DNA from: a virus
Taxonomy: Duplodnaviria > Caudoviricetes
Virus record (IMG/VR): IMGVR_UViG_3300014208_000023
Location: 192,001-256,000 of that record
Strand: one strand, 5' to 3'
Length of the DNA stretch: 64,000 nt
The notes beneath the pieces were generated by a model. The model had not been told where the DNA came from and made no database searches. It was given only the letters and a program-made list of their open reading frames with translations. This document shows, piece after piece, positions 49,070 to 58,566 of this stretch. A program made the position numbers and the translations under genes. Positions within the stretch are counted from its first letter, which is position 1. Each line of letters starts with the position of its first letter.

Positions 49070-49816
49070 TTACGACAGGCTCCTTATAAACTCTTTTGCG
49101 CGATCTCCTTCAGATTCTAAAAATTGATCAAGATCTTTATATCCATCTGGCAAACAGGCTTTTGTTATATTTGCCCTCTTACCATAGTTAGAAACAATTC
49201 TATCCATCCCCGCAATACCAGCCTTATCATTGTCAAGCAACAGAATGATATTGTCCGTATAACGCATTAGCATTGCAAATTGATTAAAGGCCATATTTCC
49301 TGAGCCTAAACAAACGCAATTTTCAATTCCATTGCTCATGGCTCGTATGCAGTCAAACTGGCCCTCTACAACATATACGCAATTTTCTTTTACTATAGCT
49401 GGCTTTGCTCTATATAGTCCAAATAAATGATTCTTTTTCTTAAATGATGTATTTTTATACTTTGATATATTCGCAGTCTTAAACTCATTGTCTCCAAGAA
49501 TAGTTCTTCCAACTAATGCTATAGTTTTTCCATAAGCATTTTTATATGGCATAACCATATTATGATTTTCTAATACAGAAGCAAGAGCCATCTCTCCTTC
49601 TATAGATCTATAATAGAATAGTCCAGACTTAACTAAATTTTCTTCGCCAAGAATATTAACTAACAAATGTAAATTATCTGTGCTTGGAAAGTATCCCATT
49701 TCAAATTCTTTTTGAATGTTTTTGTCAAGCCTATTATCGAGATATTCCCTAACCGGTTCGGCATAAGGAAAATCAGTTAAAAGATTTTGACATATTTTAG
49801 TAACCTGGTCTAACAT
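49070..49816 (-). CDS. dnaG: DNA primase catalytic (Toprim) core lacking the Zn-binding domain
   Basis: EYLDNRL, KYKNTS...FGL, VVEGQFD, LLDNDKAG. Confidence 0.85.
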   Translation of the reverse strand: MLDQVTKICQNLLTDFPYAEPVREYLDNRLDKNIQKEFEMGYFPSTDNLHLLVNILGEENLVKSGLFYYRSIEGEMALASVLENHNMVMPYKNAYGKTIALVGRTILGDNEFKTANISKYKNTSFKKKNHLFGLYRAKPAIVKENCVYVVEGQFDCIRAMSNGIENCVCLGSGNMAFNQFAMLMRYTDNIILLLDNDKAGIAGMDRIVSNYGKRANITKACLPDGYKDLDQFLESEGDRAKEFIRSLS

Positions 49817-49859
49817 TTATTTCTCCTCTGACCGTGACAATAAGAAAGTATAATTGAGT

Positions 49860-51341
49860 ATGACTAGTCAATATCCTGCCAAAATAGACGACAACATAAC
49901 TTTACCCGTGTCGCTAGATAATTCTACTTTGGTTAGAGCCAATGTTTTAAATGACCTTCGTGGGGCAATTATAGCAATTGAATCTGCTATGGGTGTAAAT
50001 CCAGCATCAGTATATGGGACAGTTAGGGAGCGGCTAAACACTATCGAAAATGCTTTAACTAGCATTACCATTGGTGGTGGTGGAATTACTGTTGGCGGGG
50101 ATCTGTCCGGCTCATCTATATCACAGATCGTAGTGGGTTTGCAGGGCAATGCGATTTCTAATATCAGCCCGACAGACGGTTATGTTCTCACTTGGAAATC
50201 ATCCACTAGTAAATGGACGCCCTCTTCTGCGGCAAGTGGGTTCGCTGCCGGTGGAGATTTAACGGGGTCATCAACATCACAGCAAGTTATTTCTTTAACC
50301 GGATCTGCCGGAGTAGTTTCAGTGCCAACAGCATCAATTGCTTTTAATACAATTCCAGCAACTTCTGGAGATATTAGGTTATCTAACATTTCAAGCATAC
50401 AATCACGTACATTCGTTGATAATGCCAATATTATTATGATGGCTACCGATGCTACAGATTCATTATTTATTGGAACTAATAATTCTTGGACAGAACAAAC
50501 AATTGGCCTTAATATGTATGCAAGCTCTACTGTTGCATTGGGTCTTGGAGCACTAACTCACTTATATATTATTTCAGGATTTACAGAATCTTGGGTACCC
50601 ATTATTGGTAGTGGTACAGGATCTTCACCATACGGTGTTCATGGCGTTGGTACTCAAGCAATGGCTGATGCCAACCAAACACCAGCAAGTACAATTTATC
50701 AGTATAATACAATAGTAACTACTGACGCAATTACTGCCAATAGAACATTAACATTACCAACTGCAACAGATGTTGCTGGCTATACTAAAATAATAGATAA
50801 TACTTGTGCCGGAGCATTTGCAGTTGTAGTAACTACTGGCGCTGGAGTAACGGCAACCATCAATAATGGAACCAAAGGAATTGTTCTTATTGATTCTAGA
50901 GGCGTTACATTAGTAGGTGCTCCAACATTACCAACAAGATATGAATTGAATCTTGCATCTGGATTGTTTTCTACTACATCCACTACTTTTACCAGGACTG
51001 GTGGCAGACAAATTGATATGAGTATTTTCCCGGCAACAATTGGAGCATTAGCTAGAACCGTAGCATTCTCGGCAGATATTGATATGACGGCCGGAGCTAC
51101 TTCCGTTGAAATTCAATTATATGATATTACTCATAGCGTGGCAGTAACAAGTACGGATTTAACATCCTCATCAACAACCAATACAAGAGTGACAAGTGGG
51201 TCATTAACCGTTGGATCTTCGGCCGGAAATATTAGAAGTGATGTCGCGACTCAATATGAGTTACAATTTAAAATGAATGGCGGAGGAGGATCTGATGCAG
51301 TATTCCTTACAAATTCAAGATTGGTTATCACATATGCATAA
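49860..51341 (+). CDS. Virion fibre/attachment protein (probable start ATG 49860)
   Basis: N-terminal YPAKIDD...NDLRGAIIAIES..GVNP..YGTVRERL helical module, two GGDL.G modules, Thr/Ser-rich beta body. Confidence 0.55.
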   Translation: MTSQYPAKIDDNITLPVSLDNSTLVRANVLNDLRGAIIAIESAMGVNPASVYGTVRERLNTIENALTSITIGGGGITVGGDLSGSSISQIVVGLQGNAISNISPTDGYVLTWKSSTSKWTPSSAASGFAAGGDLTGSSTSQQVISLTGSAGVVSVPTASIAFNTIPATSGDIRLSNISSIQSRTFVDNANIIMMATDATDSLFIGTNNSWTEQTIGLNMYASSTVALGLGALTHLYIISGFTESWVPIIGSGTGSSPYGVHGVGTQAMADANQTPASTIYQYNTIVTTDAITANRTLTLPTATDVAGYTKIIDNTCAGAFAVVVTTGAGVTATINNGTKGIVLIDSRGVTLVGAPTLPTRYELNLASGLFSTTSTTFTRTGGRQIDMSIFPATIGALARTVAFSADIDMTAGATSVEIQLYDITHSVAVTSTDLTSSSTTNTRVTSGSLTVGSSAGNIRSDVATQYELQFKMNGGGGSDAVFLTNSRLVITYA

Positions 51342-51368
51342 TAAAATAATTGTTAAAGGAATATTATA

Positions 51369-52379
51369 ATGGCATATACCTTTTCAGTAAATAATACTCC
51401 ATTAACAGGCGCTGTAGCCATGTACCAATTAGTATCTGCGCTTATGTCGGCTGGCTGGCTTAAGAAAATGGATTCTGATGGCACTACTTATAGTGCTACT
51501 GGTGTTCAAGTAACCTCTGGGGCATCTGGGGCTAATGGTTTGGGTAATTCTAATGCTTGGGTTAGACTGCAGGCCCCACCAGTTAATGGCGGAACAATAG
51601 TAAATCAAACTAGAGAGCTAACTATTCAAAGAGGTACTACTGATTTAGTATGGAGAATTAAGTACTCAGCATCTGCATTATTTACTGGAGGTACTCCAGG
51701 CATTTCCCAAACACCATTATCAACAGATGAGGTTTTTATGGCAGGCGGTGGTACCAATGCTTCCCCAACATTCTTATCAATGTTTCTTACAAATAATACT
51801 TATGTTTGGCATATTGCTGCTGGAGACTCTAACGAATTTTATTCTTTTGTTGTTTGGGGAAATCTATTTGGAACTGCTGGCATAACAAACGTTAATGCAA
51901 TTGCAATTGATGTTTTGGCTGCTGGAAGTTATCCGGCAACAGATGTCGATCCCGCCGTAATTTATTTACAAACTTCCAGCGCTTTTGCAACTATAGTTTC
52001 TTCTGGATTTACAACTACTAATGTAACCAATCCATGTGTAGCTAGGGGCTGGATGGGCGCAACTAGCGCTGTAGGCGCATCAACAAGCTCAAATAATCAA
52101 AATATGAATATATCTACTTATGGTACTGCGTTAGGCATGCTACAAAACAGTAATGGCTCAGATCCTTGGACAAATAGCGATCAGCTTTTGCCATGTTTAT
52201 GGGGCTGCAATACAACGGCAACTCCTAAAGGAGTAAAGGGATTTTCTACACTATTTAGGATGGGAACTATTTATAGATATAATAGCGACATGTGCAGTAC
52301 TGTCGTTGGAGGCCTTTCAGATAAAATTTACGTTAATGGGCTTTGGTTACCATGGAGCGGCGTGAAGCCGATAAGGTAA
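51369..52379 (+). CDS. Tandem paralogue 1 of 5 (beta-rich putative virion surface protein)
   Basis: MAYTFSVN...AGW...DSDG...NAW.RL.AP...WRIKYSA...DEVF..GGGT...WHI...DVDPAV...W.PWSG. Confidence 0.75.
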   Translation: MAYTFSVNNTPLTGAVAMYQLVSALMSAGWLKKMDSDGTTYSATGVQVTSGASGANGLGNSNAWVRLQAPPVNGGTIVNQTRELTIQRGTTDLVWRIKYSASALFTGGTPGISQTPLSTDEVFMAGGGTNASPTFLSMFLTNNTYVWHIAAGDSNEFYSFVVWGNLFGTAGITNVNAIAIDVLAAGSYPATDVDPAVIYLQTSSAFATIVSSGFTTTNVTNPCVARGWMGATSAVGASTSSNNQNMNISTYGTALGMLQNSNGSDPWTNSDQLLPCLWGCNTTATPKGVKGFSTLFRMGTIYRYNSDMCSTVVGGLSDKIYVNGLWLPWSGVKPIR

Positions 52380-52380
52380 A

Positions 52381-53400
52381 ATGGCATATACTTTTTCAAT
52401 AGCAAATACTCCCGCATCTGGCGCAGTTGCAATGTATCTTATTAAAACAACACTAGTAACGGCTGGATGGGCCGTTGTGGCTGATTCTGATGGATCTACT
52501 TATAATGCTACTGGGGGACAAGTAACTACTGGCGCAGCTGGTGCCGGTGGTCTTGGAAATGCTAATGCATGGATTCGTCTTCAAGCCCCAACAGTAGGAA
52601 GTAATACGAGAGAAATAACTATTCAAAGAGCAAATAGCGGAGTGGTTGCAACTGATGATCGCGCATGGAGAATTAAGTATTCTGCTAATGCGCATTTTAC
52701 CGGAGGCTCCCCAGGAGTCTCACAAACCGGATCGGCTACCGATGAAGTATTTATACTAGGGGGAGGAACTGACGCCTCTCCAACATTTACAGCAAGTTGG
52801 TTTGCGGCAAATGGCGGTTATCGTTGGCATATTGCTGCCGGTGGGGCTACTGAATTATATTCATTTTATGCGATTGCTCTTACGAGCGCAACCACTACTC
52901 AACAAAACGCAATGTTTCTTGATGTAATGGCGGCTGGAAGCTATTCTTCTTCTGACGTAGATCCAGCCGTAATGTATTGCTCTTCGGCTGCTGCAAGCGC
53001 AATAGGAATATCTGAAGTAATATCCAGCGCTTTTCCTATATCAGCCAACGTTACTAATCCTGCCCTAGCTAGGGCATGGCTTGGAGCAACAAGTGCGGCA
53101 GGCGCATCAATAACAAGTAACAGTGTAAATGTAAATATGGTTACTTATGGAAGTAATTTTGGAAATGCAACTTCACTTGCAGTAAATCCATTTAGCACCA
53201 AAGATACATTAGTATTTACTTTGTGGGGTAGAAAATGGGGAAGCAATCCTTATCCGCCAGCAGGAATCAAAGGAATTTCTACTTTATTTTTAACTGGATC
53301 TATGAGTAGAACGAATCTAGATACAAATCTTTCTCTAACTAAAATATGGTATGGAAAATTATGGTTACCCTGGGATGGCGTAACTACACCATCAGCATAA
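52381..53400 (+). CDS. Tandem paralogue 2 of 5
   Basis: Same motif series as paralogue 1. Confidence 0.75.
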   Translation: MAYTFSIANTPASGAVAMYLIKTTLVTAGWAVVADSDGSTYNATGGQVTTGAAGAGGLGNANAWIRLQAPTVGSNTREITIQRANSGVVATDDRAWRIKYSANAHFTGGSPGVSQTGSATDEVFILGGGTDASPTFTASWFAANGGYRWHIAAGGATELYSFYAIALTSATTTQQNAMFLDVMAAGSYSSSDVDPAVMYCSSAAASAIGISEVISSAFPISANVTNPALARAWLGATSAAGASITSNSVNVNMVTYGSNFGNATSLAVNPFSTKDTLVFTLWGRKWGSNPYPPAGIKGISTLFLTGSMSRTNLDTNLSLTKIWYGKLWLPWDGVTTPSA

Positions 53401-53414
53401 TGGAAACAATATAA

Positions 53415-54941
53415 ATGGCATATACATTTTTAGTAAATCAAACTCCCTTAACCGGATCTGTAGCTATGTATCAGCTCATCAGTACTCTAATAACTGCTGG
53501 CTGGACTAAAGTTATGGACTCAGATGGTACAACATATAGTTCGTCAGGAGCGCAAGTTACTTCTGGAGCATCTGGAGCTAATGGTTTAGGAAATAATAAT
53601 GCTTGGGTACGTCTTGCAGCACCGGCGGTAAATGGTGGCTCTGTAGTTAATCAGACAAGAGAGTTAGTTATTCAAAGAACAAACGCAGATACGGCTTGGA
53701 GGATTAAATATTCTGCATCTGGAGGATTTGGAGGTGGCGCACCCGCTGCAACTATTTCTCCATCAAACCCAACCGCATATAGTTATCCAGAAACCAACCA
53801 AGATGCAACGACATCATTATATACTGGCGCAATTATTGGAACAGGCCAGTCTTTTACGGGAACTGGATCGGCAATAAGTACGACAAAATGGCATTTAAAA
53901 AAGACAGGGTCTCCTACTGGTTCCGCATTCGTTAAAATTTATGCTCATTCAGGGTCTCTTGGGACAACAAGCATACCAACTGGAACCGCTTTAGCCACTT
54001 CCAATGCATTTGATGTTTCAACATTATCTGGCGTTTATGCTTTAACAGAAATAAAATTTACAGGAGCCAATAATATTGTTTTGGCTAATGGGACCGATTA
54101 TGTTATAGCAATTGAATATTCTGCTGCAGGAAGCAGCATAACAACCAGCTTAGATGTTGGTGGAGACGGATCTTCTCCTACTGCAACCGGTAACTCATCA
54201 ACGCTTACCGGATCTACTTGGACTGCGGTTAGCACTAGTGATTTATGCGCTATAGTTTATGTTGGACAACAGGATGAAGTATTAATGGCTGGAGCAGGTA
54301 CCGATGCTATACCAACCGGAACGGCAGGATGGTTTGCTACTAATAATACTTATCGTTGGCATATTGTTGCTGGTGGAGCGGCAGAGTTTTATTCATTTGT
54401 TGCTTGGGGAACAGATAGTGGAACAACATCGTCACAAGGAAATGCAATAGCTTTAGATATTATGCAAACAGGAAGCTATCCATCTACTGATCCTGATCCT
54501 GCCGTTATGTATGTTTCTCCTGCCTGGAATAATAATCCTTTCTCATCAATCATGTCAACAATATTTGTGTCGGCCTGGTCTACTAATCCGGCCAATGCAA
54601 GAGCTTGGTTAGGCCCCACAAGCAACGTTGGGGCATCAATAACTTCAGGAATTAATAGCGTTAATGTAACAATGATAAGTTTTGGTTCTTTTAGTGGCGC
54701 ATCAGCCGCATCATTAGGAACTAATCCCTGGACTACTAATGATGATATTTTACATTGTGTGTGGGGCTGTTTAAATTCATCTATACCGCGCGGGGTAAAA
54801 GGTATTTCCACCATTTTTAGAGCACCAACTATGGTTAGAAGATACATGGATACATATAATACCATATCTCCAGGGTCTAAAGATATAATTAATTTTAATC
54901 AAGTTTGCTTACCATGGAGCGGCGCGACGCCGATCATTTAA
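53415..54941 (+). CDS. Tandem paralogue 3 of 5, with an ~170-aa inserted domain
   Basis: Same motifs; insertion at about 53764-54272 between ATISPS and DEVLM. Confidence 0.75.
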   Translation: MAYTFLVNQTPLTGSVAMYQLISTLITAGWTKVMDSDGTTYSSSGAQVTSGASGANGLGNNNAWVRLAAPAVNGGSVVNQTRELVIQRTNADTAWRIKYSASGGFGGGAPAATISPSNPTAYSYPETNQDATTSLYTGAIIGTGQSFTGTGSAISTTKWHLKKTGSPTGSAFVKIYAHSGSLGTTSIPTGTALATSNAFDVSTLSGVYALTEIKFTGANNIVLANGTDYVIAIEYSAAGSSITTSLDVGGDGSSPTATGNSSTLTGSTWTAVSTSDLCAIVYVGQQDEVLMAGAGTDAIPTGTAGWFATNNTYRWHIVAGGAAEFYSFVAWGTDSGTTSSQGNAIALDIMQTGSYPSTDPDPAVMYVSPAWNNNPFSSIMSTIFVSAWSTNPANARAWLGPTSNVGASITSGINSVNVTMISFGSFSGASAASLGTNPWTTNDDILHCVWGCLNSSIPRGVKGISTIFRAPTMVRRYMDTYNTISPGSKDIINFNQVCLPWSGATPII

Positions 54942-55960
54942 TGTCTTATATCTTTTCAGTAAATAATACTCCAGCGACTGGCGCTATTGCTATGTATCAA
55001 CTCATCAGTACTCTAATAACTGCTGGCTGGACTAAAGTAATGGATTCTGATGGTACCATTTATAGCGCTTCTGGAGCTCAAGTTACTTCTGGTAATACCG
55101 GATATACGGGATTAGATAACTCTAATGCTTGGATTAGATTACGCGCTCCCGCAGTTCTTAAAGGTGGGGCGGTCGCAAATCAAACAAGAGAAATAACTTT
55201 TCAAAGAGGAACTACTCAAGTTGCATGGAGAGTTAAATACTCTGCTTCGGCTGGTTTTTCAGGAGGATCTCCAGCAACTACAGTAACGCCATCATCTACT
55301 GATGAGGTATTTATGTTAGGAGGCGGCACAGATGCCTCTCCAACATTTAACAGTTGGTTTAGCACTCTTAATACTTATAATTGGCATATTATTGCTGGAG
55401 GATCAGATGAATATTATTCTTTTGCCGCATGGGCTATGGCAAAAGGACAGACAGCTTCATCAGGAAATATGATAGCCTTAGATGTTATGGCATTAGGAAG
55501 CTATCCCTCTATAGATGTTGATCCTGCAGTTATGTTTTGCTCAACCGCCGGAACATCATCTACTACCGATTTAACCTCGGCATTATTTGCTGCATCTACG
55601 GTAACTAATCCGTCTTTAGCTAGGGCCTGGTTTGGATCCACAAGCGCAGCTGGTGCCGCTGTTACTGGAACAAATAATGTAAATGTTCAAATGATTACTT
55701 ATGGTTCCGGAACAATTGGAAATTCTGGAACATTAGGAACTAATCCATGGACAAATGATGATGATTTGCTTCCATGTCTATGGGGAAATGCCGCAACCCT
55801 TGGGCCTCGTGGTATTAAAGGGTTTTCTACTTTATTTTTAGTAGGATCAGTTAATAGAAAAAATATGGATACATGTGATTTTTCTTATACTGGCGCTAAA
55901 GATAAGGTTTATTTTAATCAATTCTGGCTACCATGGAGCGGCGTTACGCCGGCAATATAA
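54941..55960 (+). CDS. Tandem paralogue 4 of 5 (true start MSYIF at 54941)
   Basis: TAATG overlap; N-terminus aligns with the other paralogues. Confidence 0.75.
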   Translation: MSYIFSVNNTPATGAIAMYQLISTLITAGWTKVMDSDGTIYSASGAQVTSGNTGYTGLDNSNAWIRLRAPAVLKGGAVANQTREITFQRGTTQVAWRVKYSASAGFSGGSPATTVTPSSTDEVFMLGGGTDASPTFNSWFSTLNTYNWHIIAGGSDEYYSFAAWAMAKGQTASSGNMIALDVMALGSYPSIDVDPAVMFCSTAGTSSTTDLTSALFAASTVTNPSLARAWFGSTSAAGAAVTGTNNVNVQMITYGSGTIGNSGTLGTNPWTNDDDLLPCLWGNAATLGPRGIKGFSTLFLVGSVNRKNMDTCDFSYTGAKDKVYFNQFWLPWSGVTPAI

Positions 55961-55961
55961 A

Positions 55962-56963
55962 ATGTCATATACCTTTTCAGTGAATAATAGCCCGCTTACT
56001 GGCGCCGTGGCAATTTATCAATTAATAACGGCATTAACTACTGCCGGCTGGATTAGGCAAGCAGATTCTGATGGCAGCACTTATAACGCTGCTGGAGGAC
56101 AAGTAACTTCAGGTAATACTGGAACTAATGGGCTAGATAATCCTAATGCATGGATTAGGATGCAAGCACCAACAGTTGGAAGTAATACAAGAGAATTAAC
56201 CTTTCAAAGAGGAGCGTCCAATCTTGGATGGAGAATTAAATATTCTGCTAACGCTCATTTTACAGGTGGCTCGCCAGGAGTTTCTCAAACAGGGTCTGCT
56301 ACTGATGAGGTATTTATGACTGGCGGTGGAACCGACGCTTCTCCAACATTTACTACTAATTTTATGAGTGCGAATAATTCATATCATTGGCATATAGTGA
56401 CAGGTGGGGCGGCAGAGTTTTATTCATTTGCTGTTTGGGGAGCTGTAAATGGCACCTCTACATCAGCTTCTGGCATGTGTCTTGACGTAATGGCAGCTGG
56501 AAGCTATCCTGCAGCAGATGTAGATCCTGCAGTTATGTATTGTTCTTCATCTACTATTGGCGTATTTTCAGAAGTATATTCTACCTCAACATTAGCCTCA
56601 GTTAATGTGACCAACCCAGCCCAAGCAAGAGCGTGGTTGGGCGCTACTAGCGCCGCAGGTGCGTCATTAACAAGCACCAACGTGAATGTTAGCATGGTTA
56701 CTTACGGAGCAAATCAAATGGGAGCCACAGTAACTATAGGCACTAATCCCTTTACAAATAAAGATGATTTATTTCCCATGATATGGGGATCAGGTTTTAC
56801 CGGTTTTCCGCGTGGACTAAAAGGATTCTCTACATTATTTATGTGCGGAACTATACAGAGAAGAAATATGACAACAGCAGATACTATCAGTTCAAATTCT
56901 AGAGATAGAATTTTTATGAATGGCGTTTGGATACCATGGAGCGGCACCAAGCCGGCAATATAA
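55962..56963 (+). CDS. Tandem paralogue 5 of 5 (true start MSYTF at 55962)
   Basis: N-terminus aligns with the other paralogues. Confidence 0.75.
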   Translation: MSYTFSVNNSPLTGAVAIYQLITALTTAGWIRQADSDGSTYNAAGGQVTSGNTGTNGLDNPNAWIRMQAPTVGSNTRELTFQRGASNLGWRIKYSANAHFTGGSPGVSQTGSATDEVFMTGGGTDASPTFTTNFMSANNSYHWHIVTGGAAEFYSFAVWGAVNGTSTSASGMCLDVMAAGSYPAADVDPAVMYCSSSTIGVFSEVYSTSTLASVNVTNPAQARAWLGATSAAGASLTSTNVNVSMVTYGANQMGATVTIGTNPFTNKDDLFPMIWGSGFTGFPRGLKGFSTLFMCGTIQRRNMTTADTISSNSRDRIFMNGVWIPWSGTKPAI

Positions 56964-56964
56964 A

Positions 56965-57264
56965 ATGACAGTATTTACAGGAGAAGTATTTATAGCGCCA
57001 GCAATAGCGTTTGCCAACATAGATGGATATGGAGAATTCTTATCATATGTGCAACAAACTAATGCAAATCAAGATGGATATGGAGCTCCAAAATTTACAG
57101 CAATAGCATCATCAAACATTAACCCAATTCCACATTATAAGTTGTCATGCGAAGACAATACTGGATTAAGGCATTATTGGGTAGATACTAGCGTTTCTTT
57201 AATTAATGCTCCGGCAGGATTTACCTATGTAATAGGCACATTCGTTAATCAGGGCAAATTCTAG
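56965..57264 (+). CDS. Small hypothetical protein ending the fibre operon (start MTVF at 56965)
   Basis: Same junction sequence as between the paralogues; internal IDGYG/QDGYG repeat. Confidence 0.55.
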   Translation: MTVFTGEVFIAPAIAFANIDGYGEFLSYVQQTNANQDGYGAPKFTAIASSNINPIPHYKLSCEDNTGLRHYWVDTSVSLINAPAGFTYVIGTFVNQGKF

Positions 57265-57617
57265 CGGCCTTTAGCCTCTTCTGCATCTTCCTTAATTCTA
57301 GTTAAAATAGCCTCTTTAGTTAGTATTTCAAAAGATTTTGGGATTTTAACTAAATGAGTGCTACATTTCGTGCAGCAAAGCTTATCTCCAACTAATTTTG
57401 GAAGTGCCTCATTAGAGCAGGCGTGACATTTAGCAGAAAAGCTTTCTTTTTTTGGACGCTTAATTTGCTTTAGGTTTTTTAGCTGAGCTTTGGTAAATTG
57501 AGTTACATTCGTAATTGTCTTATCGCAATCAGCGCAATATACCTGATTATCTTCAAGGTTAATTACTGCTTGAGTATTTTTACCACAACCTTTGTTATCA
57601 CAATTAATTAAAAACAT
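57261..57617 (-). CDS. Double Zn-ribbon protein
   Basis: CDNKGC...CADC and CHAC...CTKC. Confidence 0.65.
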   Translation of the reverse strand: MFLINCDNKGCGKNTQAVINLEDNQVYCADCDKTITNVTQFTKAQLKNLKQIKRPKKESFSAKCHACSNEALPKLVGDKLCCTKCSTHLVKIPKSFEILTKEAILTRIKEDAEEAKGR

Positions 57618-57618
57618 T

Positions 57619-58566
57619 TTAGTTTCCTTCTTTTAAGATCGATATTAATTTTTCTTTGTTTTTTGGATAACTTACATCCAAAATAACTCTTTCATTTCCC
57701 TGAAGATTAACTCCTAAATTTTTAAGAATAATCTCTTCCTTATTTCTACTATCTGCCGGCACCTCTATATTTTGATCTCCTTTAATGGATGGAACGGTTT
57801 TTGAACAACCCTCCAATGCTTCCAATAGAGATATGTTTAAATTGCATATAACATCGGCTCCGTCTAGCTTCAATTGCGTATCATTTTTTACATTTATAGT
57901 CATAAGTATATTTGAGTGTGCATCTCCAAAAATTGAGCTATGAGAGTAGTGTCCGGCCCCTTGCAATTGTATGATATTTTTATCAGACACTCCGGCAGGT
58001 ATTTTAACCTTCATTTTTGTTTTGGATTTAGAGAATCCTTTTTTATTGCACTTTAAACACTCTTCTTTTGTGCTCTGGCCGTGACACTGAGAACAAAGAG
58101 TATTCATTATCATATTTCCTCTTTGAACGGAAGAGTGGCCAAAACCATCACAATGAGTGCAGTTATTTTTCTTCTGCTTAAATGTTTGACCATTACATTC
58201 ATCACATTTAACATCACGATCTATTTCTATTTCTTTTTCAGTTCCAAGAATACTTTCTTCAAAAGAAATGTTTTGATCTATAGTGATGTGGCTGACATTC
58301 CTAGGTGGCGGACCTTGATCTTGTCTAAATCCAGAAAATCCCTGAAATATATCGGCCATATTAAACGGCATTCCTTGTTGAGGAGGATTTTTCCGATAAT
58401 CTTGTATTTGCTGGTACGCCGAATTTATTTGTTTAAACTTATCCGGATTTTCTTTATTTATATCTGGATGATATTTTTTAGCTAATGATTTCCATTTTTT
58501 CTTTAGATCGTCATCAGATATATTTTCTGACGATTCAAGTATTTTATATGCTTCTTGTATATTCAT
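57619..58566 (-). CDS. dnaJ: DnaJ/Hsp40 co-chaperone (type I architecture)
   Basis: J-domain with YHPD, short G/F region, four CxxC Zn repeats, C-terminal KIPAGV and ISLLEALEG motifs. Confidence 0.9.
   Translation of the reverse strand: MNIQEAYKILESSENISDDDLKKKWKSLAKKYHPDINKENPDKFKQINSAYQQIQDYRKNPPQQGMPFNMADIFQGFSGFRQDQGPPPRNVSHITIDQNISFEESILGTEKEIEIDRDVKCDECNGQTFKQKKNNCTHCDGFGHSSVQRGNMIMNTLCSQCHGQSTKEECLKCNKKGFSKSKTKMKVKIPAGVSDKNIIQLQGAGHYSHSSIFGDAHSNILMTINVKNDTQLKLDGADVICNLNISLLEALEGCSKTVPSIKGDQNIEVPADSRNKEEIILKNLGVNLQGNERVILDVSYPKNKEKLISILKEGN

Noticed and set aside
51369-56963. Diversity-generating retroelement acting on the paralogue array
   Set aside because: No reverse transcriptase in the window and no ~100-bp template/variable pair differing only at adenines; differences are mostly synonymous.
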